A DNA stretch of 32,721 bases. Source: Promethearchaeota archaeon (GTDB lineage Archaea > Asgardarchaeota > Lokiarchaeia > Sigyniarchaeales > SOKP01). The stretch is from assembly GCA_048939015.1 (NCBI GenBank), contig JBHLPW010000053.1, positions 1-32,721 on the forward strand. Direction: 5' to 3'. Made by a program: the position numbers and the translations under genes. The notes beneath the pieces were generated by a model, which was not told where the DNA came from, did not search any database, and worked only from the letters and a program-made list of their open reading frames with translations. Positions 1-9,438 of the stretch are shown piece by piece. How positions within the stretch are numbered: position 1 is the stretch's first letter; the number at the start of each line of letters is the position of its first letter.

Positions 1-818
1 ATATGGTTAATACCTATTAAAATAGACCCTTTTAACAAAGATTCATCGGATTCTTTTCCCGTTTCAAAATTAAAAGAATATAATAAAATTCCACTTCTAT
101 GGAATATAATAAAATCATATATTCTATTGGTAAGTTCGATAAAAAGAAAGGGTTTTTTAATTAAATAAAAGGAAACAAAAAAAGCTCCTATTAAATAAAA
201 TCCAGAATAAAGATATTTAAATAAAATTAAACGAGTCAAGATATAAAAAGAGTATATGACAATAATTATAGAAAATTCAAGAGTAATACTAACTAACATT
301 TTTCTTGAGATTGAATTTCTAATTCTGGTAAAATTTTTAATAAGATTATAACTCATTACTCCAATTATTATAGTATTATATAATAAAATAAATGATAAAA
401 GGAGCAAATTATTGAAAAAAAAACTATAAACACCATTTCTTAATTGAATTGTATATAAATTAGGAATAAAACTTAAACCTAGGATTATCCCAAAAATAAG
501 AGAATATGAAAGAGTTGATAACACTGCTTGCTTTTCATAATTGATTACGTACTTATGAATTATGCTAAACATACTTACAGAAAAAATCCAAAAAATTATT
601 GACAAATACCAAAATATTAGAGATATTTCTTCTCTGAATGAAATTTCTGAGGATAGGAAGAAAAAAGTGAAAAATAATATTCCCAATACTACATAAAGTG
701 AGCCATTAAAAAAAATGGTTATTTTACTACCAAAATTCTTTCGATTCAAATAGAGAAAAGTAATTCCGATCATAGAAATAATTGCTGAAACTATGATCAG
801 AAATATTGTAATTATCAT
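1..818 (-). CDS. Multi-pass membrane protein with a C-terminal longin-like cytoplasmic domain (partial, runs off the window start)
   Basis: Not in the ORF track. Manual translation from ATG 818 (in-frame TGA at 824-822 upstream) gives MIITIFLIIVSAIISMIGITFLY... with about 7 hydrophobic segments, then ...TNRIYDFIIFHRSGILLYSFNF...LLKGSILIGINH, open to position 1. Confidence 0.8.
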   Translation of the reverse strand, partial: MIITIFLIIVSAIISMIGITFLYLNRKNFGSKITIFFNGSLYVVLGILFFTFFFLSSEISFREEISLIFWYLSIIFWIFSVSMFSIIHKYVINYEKQAVLSTLSYSLIFGIILGLSFIPNLYTIQLRNGVYSFFFNNLLLLSFILLYNTIIIGVMSYNLIKNFTRIRNSISRKMLVSITLEFSIIIVIYSFYILTRLILFKYLYSGFYLIGAFFVSFYLIKKPFLFIELTNRIYDFIIFHRSGILLYSFNFETGKESDESLLKGSILIGINH

Positions 819-1030
819 TATTCATTCATGAATTCCTTTCTACTAACAAAAAACTAATAGTTTAATATTATTTAAATTTGCTATATTTTAGAACTTCTTT
901 CTCAATTTCATAAATAATCAATTTAATCACAACATGTCATTATATATTTACTTCTATTAAATTACAAATAAAAAAAAAGAAATACTCTAATGATTTAATT
1001 TTAAGAAAGAGTTACAATTTACATTTTTAT

Positions 1031-2902
1031 ATGCAAGAATTCATTGATTATCTGGATAATGGTATCATTCAAAATTTAACGAGTTTTTATAAGGAAGTTA
1101 GTAATATTGAAAATGATGAGATCTTTCTAAACGAAGTGCTTAGAGATCTAAGTTTGTTAAATAAATTTCATTCAAATGATGATATTGTTATTGGTCTATA
1201 TGAGAATGTGCGGGATCATAAAGAAAAGAAAAAATTAGGTGAATTTTACACCCCTAAAGAAATTGTTGAATACATTTTAGATGGAGTAGGGTATATTGAT
1301 TTCAAAGAGATTGAAACTGAAAAATTAATTGACATAAGTTGTGGATCAGGCAGTTTTATTATTAAGGCTATCAGAAGATTGATAAAAAGATGGCTCAAAA
1401 TTTATAATTGCAATGTAATTTCAGAATTAACAATTGATCAAGCTAAATCACTTATTTCAGGTATTAAAAACAATATCTATGGAATTGATATTAGTCCAAT
1501 TGCATGTATTTTATGTCAAGTTAATATCCATATTATTTTGTTTGAAATTTTAAAGCAAATTCAAAAATCAAATCCGAATTATAAATTGCCTTTATTCAAT
1601 ATTATAAATAATGATTCCTTAACTATAGATACTCAGGTAAAGTATAATTATGTTGTAGGAAATCCCCCATACATATTCATTAGAGACATTCCAAGTGATC
1701 AGAAAAAAATTATTGAAAAAAGTGCTTTTGAAACAGTTAGTGGTCAGTATGACTATTATCAGATTTTTATTGAGCTTGGATTAAAATTATTAAATAAGGG
1801 AGGCCTATTTGGTTATATTGTCCCAGATTCATTATTAGCTCTCTCTTATCGGTCTAACATTAGAAAATACATTTATAATAACTCTAAAATCAGAGAGATC
1901 TACTATACTGGTCCTAAATTTAATGATGTCACCGTTTCAAACATAATTATCATCTTAGAAAAAGAGAACGATGCATTAGAAAGGAATAAAAACCAAATGA
2001 AAATTAAAATTTCAAACCAACAAGAAAGATTCATCCCTCAAAAGAATTTTAAAAGGTGGGATTACAAATTCTTAATACATTTAGATAGTAAAGATACCTT
2101 GATTCTTAAGAATTTAATCAAAAATGCTTCTAAACTTAAGGATCTTAATGCTAAATATGGTATTCAGTATGATTTGAGTAGAGGCGTCGAATTAACTAAA
2201 ACAGGGGAGATTATTTTTTGCCAAAAATGTAATAGATATTTACCAATTCCAAAGAATTTATCTAAATGTCCTTTATGTAGTTCACCCTTAGATACACAGA
2301 GAATTGAAAAAATAATCCATGATGCAATACCAGCACGTTCTATGAGAAGTGATTTTAAGTTATATTTATACTCAATACAGCGTTATCAAAAAACTCATTA
2401 TAAATATATAGATACATCTAAAGGTGGAATAAATTATAAAGAACTTTCAAACTATAAAGATCGTATTATAATACGACAAATCAGTCAAAATGGTAGAATT
2501 TGTGCAACATATGATGATAAATTATCCTTAACTTCTCAGTCGTTTTATAATTTAAAAATTCAGAAATCCCCTATAACTGAGTTTAACCATTTCTACTTAT
2601 TAGGGCTTATTAATTCCGCGTTATTTTCTTATTTTTTCATTAAATCTTTTGGAACATATAAAAAGTTATTTCCGAGAATTTTAATAGAAAAGATAAAAGA
2701 ATTGCCTATTGTCGTTCCTTCTTCTGATATTCAAAAAGAAAAAGCTAAAAAAATAATGGAATTTGTAAAAAAAATTTTAGAAAAGGCAGAGGAAATGGAA
2801 TACTTCCAAAGACAAATTGATTCATTAGTTTTTGATTTGTATCAAGTTTCGGATAGTGCTCAAAAATATATAATGGATTATTTAAATTCCTTAAGTAGCT
2901 AA
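1031..2902 (+). CDS. N6-adenine DNA methyltransferase, gamma class (Eco57I/TaqI-like) with C-terminal target-recognition domain
   Basis: Motif X GEFYTP, motif I DISCGSGSF, motif IV VGNPPY and GYIVPDS. TaqI_C-like tail YLLGLINSALFSYFF...IKELPIVVP...QIDSLVFDLY. Confidence 0.9.
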   Translation: MQEFIDYLDNGIIQNLTSFYKEVSNIENDEIFLNEVLRDLSLLNKFHSNDDIVIGLYENVRDHKEKKKLGEFYTPKEIVEYILDGVGYIDFKEIETEKLIDISCGSGSFIIKAIRRLIKRWLKIYNCNVISELTIDQAKSLISGIKNNIYGIDISPIACILCQVNIHIILFEILKQIQKSNPNYKLPLFNIINNDSLTIDTQVKYNYVVGNPPYIFIRDIPSDQKKIIEKSAFETVSGQYDYYQIFIELGLKLLNKGGLFGYIVPDSLLALSYRSNIRKYIYNNSKIREIYYTGPKFNDVTVSNIIIILEKENDALERNKNQMKIKISNQQERFIPQKNFKRWDYKFLIHLDSKDTLILKNLIKNASKLKDLNAKYGIQYDLSRGVELTKTGEIIFCQKCNRYLPIPKNLSKCPLCSSPLDTQRIEKIIHDAIPARSMRSDFKLYLYSIQRYQKTHYKYIDTSKGGINYKELSNYKDRIIIRQISQNGRICATYDDKLSLTSQSFYNLKIQKSPITEFNHFYLLGLINSALFSYFFIKSFGTYKKLFPRILIEKIKELPIVVPSSDIQKEKAKKIMEFVKKILEKAEEMEYFQRQIDSLVFDLYQVSDSAQKYIMDYLNSLSS

Positions 2903-2918
2903 GTCTGATGTTAGTAAT

Positions 2919-3083
2919 TTAGCAAATATTTTTTTTTGAGTTATAGGTTTTTAGAATTCTATCCCATTTATCCGCGAGTTCTTCAAGATTTGTCCTTCTA
3001 AAGAGTTTAACTGCTCTATCCAAAATTTTACTTATATTTTCCTCATACTTGAGTATATCTGGATCTGATGAAGTTTCTATCAT
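2919..3083 (-). CDS. Small hypothetical protein (54 aa)
   Basis: ATG 3083 to TAA 2919 encodes MIETSSDPDILKYEENISKILDRAVKLFRRTNLEELADKWDRILKTYNSKKNIC. It has amphipathic-helix composition and fills an intergenic gap without overlap. Confidence 0.5.
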   Translation of the reverse strand: MIETSSDPDILKYEENISKILDRAVKLFRRTNLEELADKWDRILKTYNSKKNIC

Positions 3084-3224
3084 GATTAAAAGAAGAAAAA
3101 AAAATAATATAAAATATTATAGCATGTGTATGTGTCTGTAAATATAACTTCACATAATACCTAAATACTCATATTTATATTTCTAACGTATTATTATTAA
3201 ATTAAAATTAAAGTTTGACTATCC

Positions 3225-4205
3225 ATGGAAAAGCTTCCCAGTTCTAAACTTCTTAAAGAAATTATTCTAAATTACTTTAATGAAGTAGAAGGGATTTTAG
3301 GTGTAGCTATATGTGATCGAGATGGTTTTATTATCGCATCCGAATCTAAACAGGAAAATGAAGAGGAATCTGATGCGATAATTGGGGCTCTCTCTGCAAT
3401 TCTTGATACTTATATAGACAGAATAAAAACTGAATTTGGAACTGCCGATAGTTTTTTCAATATCACAGAAACTGGAGATAAGAAATTCGCATTTTGTTCA
3501 AAAGGCCCACAATCCATATTAACTACGGTTTCCGATCAATCTGTATCTGATATTGAATTAAGGGTCTTCGGAGAGCACTTAGCAACAAAAATTGAAATGG
3601 TGTTGGATGGAAATGAGGATATCTCTCCTAAAATTCCCGAAATAGTAAAGGCGTTATCTAAAACTCGAGAAGGTCACCTACCAAGATTGACTGGAGAATA
3701 CTCTAATAAACTAATAATGTGTGGAGATTTTAAAGTTGGGAAAACATCATTGATAAGAAGATTTGTTGAAAACAAATTTGAGTCAGATTACATATCTACA
3801 TTGGGTGTTCAAATTAGTAAAAAAACAGTGGATCTTACTAATGATTCTAAGATAAACTTTATCATATGGGATATTGGAGGTCAACAACATTTTAATTTGA
3901 ATAGACCGCAATTTTATAATGGCGCTAATGCAGCTATAATAGTAGTTGACAGAACTAGGACAGATCACTTACATAGCATTGAGAAGTGGTATAATGATCT
4001 CCAAAAATCTGTAAAGCGTAATATCCCTACTATTATAGTTGGAAATAAATCTGACTTAACTAATGAAATTGTTATAAGTGAAGAAGAAATTAAGGAGATC
4101 GCGAAAAATTTCAAGTTTCATTATATTTTGACTTCTGCTTTAACTGGTGAGAATGTTAATGATGCATTTTTATATATTGCTTATAGAGTTATAGAGACGC
4201 TCTAG
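3225..4205 (+). CDS. Roadblock/LC7 domain fused to a Rab/Ras-like small GTPase
   Basis: N-terminal Roadblock pattern GILGVAICDRDGFIIAS. G1 GDFKVGKT, G2 STLG, G3 WDIGGQ, G4 NKSD, G5 TSAL. Confidence 0.92.
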   Translation: MEKLPSSKLLKEIILNYFNEVEGILGVAICDRDGFIIASESKQENEEESDAIIGALSAILDTYIDRIKTEFGTADSFFNITETGDKKFAFCSKGPQSILTTVSDQSVSDIELRVFGEHLATKIEMVLDGNEDISPKIPEIVKALSKTREGHLPRLTGEYSNKLIMCGDFKVGKTSLIRRFVENKFESDYISTLGVQISKKTVDLTNDSKINFIIWDIGGQQHFNLNRPQFYNGANAAIIVVDRTRTDHLHSIEKWYNDLQKSVKRNIPTIIVGNKSDLTNEIVISEEEIKEIAKNFKFHYILTSALTGENVNDAFLYIAYRVIETL

Positions 4206-4363
4206 TCTTTTAATTCCAAACTTTTTTATGAATTCATTTTTTTTTAAATAATTGATATACTAATTCATGAAAAAAAAAAATAAGTTAAAGGAGGTTTAAA
4301 AAAATAGTTCTCAAAATTATTTGGCATGACGTTTTAGCCACGTGAAATACCCGAGGATATGTC

Positions 4364-5224
4364 ATGGGATTTTCAATTAAAGAACTTACATATAAGGGGA
4401 AATATCTTATATATCTTAGTGAACAAGAATTAACTGGTCCTTGGTTTAGTTTTACTTTAGAAGGGGAAAAAATTGGTCAGATTCCAATTCTTCTAAAAAA
4501 TATTGAACCCACTCCGATATATAATATGGTTAATACTCGCGCTGGAACATCTATAAGTAGAATTACTTTAGATTTCAATATAACAGAATATCTAAAAAAA
4601 CTAGTTCAAGAAAAAAAGATTCAACCAATATCATTGGAAAAGAAACAATTTGTACGTGTATATAAAGACATCTTTAATCCACCTAAAGTACCATATATTA
4701 GTACTTTTTTTACTATAAAAAACATTTCCGATTTCGCTTTGAAAGATTTTTCGATGTACTTTGTTTTTGACTTTGATATAAATGGACTTGCAGGATATGA
4801 CAATGATTTATCAGGTTATGATGAAGAAAATGACATTATTTACCAATATGATGATACAGGTTTATACGGTGGAATTTCTCCTATTTCTAAATCAACGAAT
4901 TACGAATCATGTTTAACAAAAGATTTTAAAATCGATAAAAGCAAAATGAATCTTTCTAATACTCTATATAAAGGACGTGGAGAAATTCTATCAGCATTAC
5001 AGATTGAATTTATGACTTTAGAACCTGAACACACATTTCAAACAGCTCTTGTGATTTCTGGTGGTTTAAGTAAAGAAGAACTAATTGAAAACATTAAAGA
5101 AGGAAAAAATGATGCTATGAAGCATTTACATCAAGTTAATAGATCAGTAAAGTCAGACCCACGTAATCTCCAAGAAGAAGCTTTCTTAAAAATTAATCTC
5201 CAGCAAGCCGAAGATTGCAAATAG
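4364..5224 (+). CDS. Hypothetical protein, possible beta-supersandwich (galactose-mutarotase-like) domain
   Basis: 286-aa ORF with GAGGA upstream. The beta-rich segment FTIKNISDFALKDFSMYFVFDFDING...NDLSGYD resembles such domains. The fold call is tentative. Confidence 0.7.
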   Translation: MGFSIKELTYKGKYLIYLSEQELTGPWFSFTLEGEKIGQIPILLKNIEPTPIYNMVNTRAGTSISRITLDFNITEYLKKLVQEKKIQPISLEKKQFVRVYKDIFNPPKVPYISTFFTIKNISDFALKDFSMYFVFDFDINGLAGYDNDLSGYDEENDIIYQYDDTGLYGGISPISKSTNYESCLTKDFKIDKSKMNLSNTLYKGRGEILSALQIEFMTLEPEHTFQTALVISGGLSKEELIENIKEGKNDAMKHLHQVNRSVKSDPRNLQEEAFLKINLQQAEDCK

Positions 5225-5324
5225 AAAAAATCCATAATAATGATTCAAATAAAAAAACCCTGTCATGGAAAGTTATTTGAGGAAAACTCTGCAAGAGTAC
5301 GGATTTTTTTATTATATGATTTTT

Positions 5325-6386
5325 TTAACTAATTTCGTATTTTTGATGGTTAAGAATAAATTTGTTCTCATAATCATAATAATTTTTTATTGAATAAAAT
5401 AACACATCAATCTCTTGTTTTGTAATGACGGGAAATTTATAGATATTTGAAGAATATTTGATAGGTTTTGAATTTTTTTTATATTTTTCAATAAAATCCA
5501 TATGTTGTTTTATTCTATATTTAATAACGTCTAAGCTTAGTTTTGTAAGTTTATCTAAATTTTTTTTAAAAAACACTTTAAAATTAGAGTTAAGTTCGTA
5601 CCCAATTGAATTTCGTGCAGAAATCATTGCAGCTAGTGATGTTGTACCTGTTCCCCAGAACGGATCTAAAACTAAATCATTATATATTGAATACATATTG
5701 ATTAAACGATATGGTATTTCTAATGGATAAGCTGCTGTTCGGTGTCTAATTTCATTTTGAGTGAAATAATTCGTATCGATATCCTGAGAAATCCCCCTAA
5801 TATCATCCCATATATCTGAAAACCATTTATTCCTCTCTTCCCAAAAAAATGCACTATGATACCTACTCTCAGATTTAGGTTGGATATCTCGTTTAACTTC
5901 TCCTTTTCGAAAAATTAAGATATACTCATGTTCAAGAGTAACATATGCATTGGGGGGTAACATACCAGAACCAAGGAACTTATTTGGACTATTAGTTGGT
6001 TTTCTCCATAAGATACAAGGGAGTTCCACAAATTCAATGTTTTGAAAAAAATTGGTTATTTTAACATGATTTGGAAATAATTGAAAATTTTTACCAATTT
6101 TTCTTGTGGCATCTCCTATATTTATACAAATAATTCCTCCTAATTTTAGAACTCTAGCAACTTCTTTCCATACTTTTTCAAGTTCTTTATGCATTAACTC
6201 AAATGCCTTTTTTCCATTTTCTTTTTCAAGCGTTATTTTTATTTCATCATTTAGATTAAAAAATAAGGAATCCCACATCTCAATCATGGGATAAGGTGGG
6301 GAAGTTATGATCAACTCTACTGAATTAGATTCAAGTTCACTCATATCTGATGAATTTTTGAAAAAAACTTTATGAGTAGTATCCAT
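5325..6386 (-). CDS. Site-specific DNA methyltransferase, beta class (N4-cytosine/N6-adenine)
   Basis: Motif IV ITSPPY lies N-terminal to motif I VLDPFWGTGTT. Also HEYILIFRK and AAYPLEIPYRLI. SPPY is typical of N4-C methyltransferases. Confidence 0.92.
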   Translation of the reverse strand: MDTTHKVFFKNSSDMSELESNSVELIITSPPYPMIEMWDSLFFNLNDEIKITLEKENGKKAFELMHKELEKVWKEVARVLKLGGIICINIGDATRKIGKNFQLFPNHVKITNFFQNIEFVELPCILWRKPTNSPNKFLGSGMLPPNAYVTLEHEYILIFRKGEVKRDIQPKSESRYHSAFFWEERNKWFSDIWDDIRGISQDIDTNYFTQNEIRHRTAAYPLEIPYRLINMYSIYNDLVLDPFWGTGTTSLAAMISARNSIGYELNSNFKVFFKKNLDKLTKLSLDVIKYRIKQHMDFIEKYKKNSKPIKYSSNIYKFPVITKQEIDVLFYSIKNYYDYENKFILNHQKYEIS

Positions 6387-6487
6387 TTTTAACGATCAAA
6401 GATTAAAAATTCAAATTCCTTACATGTATAATTTATTAAAAATTTATATAAATTATTATCAAAGAATAGATAAAGGTAAGTCATTGC

Positions 6488-6529
6488 AGCCAACTAATCA
6501 ACAACTTTCTATTGAATATTTAGTTGGCT
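6488..6529. other. Perfect 10-bp inverted repeat (AGCCAACTAA / TTAGTTGGCT), a possible terminator or RNA hairpin
   Basis: Arms at 6488-6497 and 6520-6529 with extra inner TCAA/TTGA pairing. It starts about 25 nt after the stop codon of the SelB-like gene. Confidence 0.5.
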
Positions 6530-6553
6530 TATATAAAGATTAATTAAATATTT

Positions 6554-7654
6554 TTATTCTAATATTTGATTAAAATATCCTATGATTCGTAGTTTATTAT
6601 CAAATCGATTAAAATCAGTTATAATTCCTTTTAATCCAGAGCCATTGTGATATAGAAATTTATCAAATTTCATAGCAACAACTCCAGAACTTCCAGGAAG
6701 GATTGCTTCTCCACTTATGAATTTAAATGGGGTAGTTTTTAAATCTACTATTGCATTATATTGAATTCCATTTCCTGGTTGAATGGTTTTATTCTTTGGT
6801 TTATAAAACTGATTGATAAACACTTTTGCTTTGATTTGGTGTTCCGATTTGTATAATCCTGGAATAATTAATATATTATCTCTACTGATATCTCCTGCGG
6901 AAATATTACCTTTTAAAGCAAGACCGACCCGATCACCTTTATTAGCCGTTTTAAAATCTCGATCATGTTTTTGGATACTACGAATAATGACTTTTTTACT
7001 AGGTCCATTATATCCCGTTAATTCCAACATTTGGCCACTATTTACTCTTCCTTCCTTGATTATCCCCAGAATTACTGTACCAATACCTTTTACTGGAAAA
7101 GCATGATCTATCAAGATTTTTGTAACCCCATTAATTTCAACATTTAATTCTTGAGATTGTAAATGAAGTTCTATTATTTTCTTTTTCAATTTTATATAAT
7201 CTTCTTTAATCCTTAGATCGATTATTTGCGTATCTTTTAAACTAGTAGTATTGAGAATATTCTTAATATTATCTCTAAAATCCAATAATCTCCATTCATT
7301 TTTTGAATTAATACCAGAAATTATTACTAAATCTTGAGTATTATATAACTGGTGGAACAAATCCATCCCTACTATAATTTCGCCGACAATAGCGTTTAAA
7401 CCAATTTCCAAATCAATAACCAAAATGTGAATATTAGTTAAGATTAAAGTTTGTAAAAAAGGTCTAATTTTATCAGGATAATCTAAAGGAGTTAAAGCAC
7501 AAAATATTTGGTTCAATTCAGCATCAAGTCTATTATAAAATTGGATGTCTGATTTAGTGCCAGGAGCACCTAATGCTTGTCCAATAAGTTTATTATGCTC
7601 TAAATTTTCCCCAAAAATTCCTACAATAAAATTGTGTTCCACAGATTCACTCAT
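6554..7654 (-). CDS. Archaeal SelB-like (aSelBL) EF-Tu-fold protein with degenerate G-domain
   Basis: Domain II motifs IDHAFPVKGIGTVILG, IRSIQKHD and GDRVGLALKG. N-terminal LGAPGTKSDIQFYN. No GxxxxGKS or NKxD. Confidence 0.8.
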   Translation of the reverse strand: MSESVEHNFIVGIFGENLEHNKLIGQALGAPGTKSDIQFYNRLDAELNQIFCALTPLDYPDKIRPFLQTLILTNIHILVIDLEIGLNAIVGEIIVGMDLFHQLYNTQDLVIISGINSKNEWRLLDFRDNIKNILNTTSLKDTQIIDLRIKEDYIKLKKKIIELHLQSQELNVEINGVTKILIDHAFPVKGIGTVILGIIKEGRVNSGQMLELTGYNGPSKKVIIRSIQKHDRDFKTANKGDRVGLALKGNISAGDISRDNILIIPGLYKSEHQIKAKVFINQFYKPKNKTIQPGNGIQYNAIVDLKTTPFKFISGEAILPGSSGVVAMKFDKFLYHNGSGLKGIITDFNRFDNKLRIIGYFNQILE

Positions 7655-7796
7655 TAAATCTAAAAAGTGTGTACTTAAACTAAAGTTTTGCGATTAAAAA
7701 GGAAAAGTTTAAATTTTACATTTTTTCCACTGATTTTTAATATTTTATTTATACAATTAAAAAATTTAAAATTAAATTTACCATTAGTTGATTATC

Positions 7797-9323
7797 ATGG
7801 TTAGAAATGCTAAAGTTAATCAAGTAATTTTAATCATTTTGGATGATATACGGGCTGAACATTTATTTGGTTTAATGAATGAAGCTAGGCTTCCAAATAT
7901 TAAAAAAATAGCAGATGATGGTATTTCGTGTTCCAATTGTGTTACCTCTTATCCTGCTATTACTTTTCCATGTTATGGAAATATTGTTACCGGCTCATAT
8001 TCAGGATATTTTCCAAAAGAAGGAAATGCTGTTCCTTTATACCATTGGCTAAATAGAACAGATCCCCCATCAACAAGTAAAAAGCCACCTTTTTTTCGTA
8101 ATTATTCAGATAGATCGACAGTATTAAGAATAAACAAAGATATTGGAAAAAATGTAAAAACAATATTTGAACAAGCTCCTGAAGGGAATAATTTAAGTTC
8201 ATTTTGTTTCTTGTATCGGGGATCTTATTTTACAGTATCTAGAGTAGTTTCTGATGTAGAGGCTATATTTAAAAGCATTTCAAATGGTTTTACGAATCCA
8301 AGTATGTATTTCTCTAATAATGAAGTTCCATTAATAAGCGTAGGTTATGTAATGCATACAGATGATATTATGCATGAAAAAGGATTTGAACATCCTGATT
8401 ACATCAATCTAATTGTTAATTGCGACAAATACATAGGAAATTTAATAAATACTTTGAAAAAAACCGGATATTACGATTCTACAGCAATTGGTCTAATTAC
8501 GGATCATGGCAACTTTAGAGCAAAAAAAATTGTTGACCTTGAATCATATTTTCAACGAAAAGGATTAATACCTTATAATCCCGAAAAAGGAACGGGAGAT
8601 TTTGATTGTAATACTGGATCAATGGGTTTTTTTAACTTTCCTGGAGATACATGGCACCATCATCCTTCTATTAAACAGATGCAGAAATTTACAGTTAGTG
8701 GGATGAATAAGCAGGAATTAAATCTTTTTAATGTTCTATGGGAAATTCCTGGAGTCAAATATATGTACTATAGAGATGATAATAATAAACCGGATAAAGG
8801 AGTAATTCACATTGAACATTTAGAAAAAGATACTGGAAAAAAAAGACATGGAATGATAGAATATCGTGGTTTTGGGAAAGATCAACAAACCAAATATACA
8901 TTTGAAGGCAATGATTTTTATCAATACAGCGATAACGAGAAATCCGCTAAAATTCTGGATAATAAGTTTCATACTTTGGAAGAATGGTTAGAAGCTACAA
9001 ATCAAATCAACTTCCCTATAATAATTGATCAGATTCCACGCTATTTCAAAAATCCCCGATCATGCGATATTATTATTTCAACGTTAGGGGAATATGGTTT
9101 CAATTATGACCATGGAGTAACTCAAAGTGCCTCTCCCTTCAGTCATGATATTGGAACTAGAGAATGTATGATAGTTCCATTTATTATTGGAGGTTCACCT
9201 GAGCTTCCACAGAAGGATTTAAAATATTGTAAAACAATAGATATGGTTCCAACTCTATTAGAATTATTAGGAATTAAACCCCATTCAAGTGTTATTGGAA
9301 AATCTGTTTTTGATTATCCTTAG
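7797..9323 (+). CDS. Alkaline phosphatase superfamily protein, nucleotide pyrophosphatase/type I phosphodiesterase family
   Basis: ILDD, SYPAITFP (Thr nucleophile), TDDIMH, ITDHG, SHD and DMVPTLLELLG. ATG 7797 is preferred over TTG 7788. Confidence 0.85.
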   Translation: MVRNAKVNQVILIILDDIRAEHLFGLMNEARLPNIKKIADDGISCSNCVTSYPAITFPCYGNIVTGSYSGYFPKEGNAVPLYHWLNRTDPPSTSKKPPFFRNYSDRSTVLRINKDIGKNVKTIFEQAPEGNNLSSFCFLYRGSYFTVSRVVSDVEAIFKSISNGFTNPSMYFSNNEVPLISVGYVMHTDDIMHEKGFEHPDYINLIVNCDKYIGNLINTLKKTGYYDSTAIGLITDHGNFRAKKIVDLESYFQRKGLIPYNPEKGTGDFDCNTGSMGFFNFPGDTWHHHPSIKQMQKFTVSGMNKQELNLFNVLWEIPGVKYMYYRDDNNKPDKGVIHIEHLEKDTGKKRHGMIEYRGFGKDQQTKYTFEGNDFYQYSDNEKSAKILDNKFHTLEEWLEATNQINFPIIIDQIPRYFKNPRSCDIIISTLGEYGFNYDHGVTQSASPFSHDIGTRECMIVPFIIGGSPELPQKDLKYCKTIDMVPTLLELLGIKPHSSVIGKSVFDYP

Positions 9324-9438
9324 AATTTCTGGTTAATTTTTTTTTGTATAAATTGATAAGTAAAACACTTTTTGGACAGAAGTTTCAAAAGTATTCGAAA
9401 AATTAATTTTTATTAACATCCTCAATCTAATTTGAGAC

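Noticed and set aside
4322-4366. SECIS element (ATGA...AAA...GA) or fluoride riboswitch
   Set aside because: No adjacent gene has an in-frame TGA, the stem geometry does not fit a SECIS, and the fluoride riboswitch consensus and a crcB-type gene are lacking.
1031-6386. Restriction-modification defence island or mobile element
   Set aside because: I saw no nuclease, integrase, transposase, tRNA target or flanking direct repeats.
6554-7654. Canonical SelB or EF-1alpha
   Set aside because: The G1, G3 and G4 GTPase motifs are absent.
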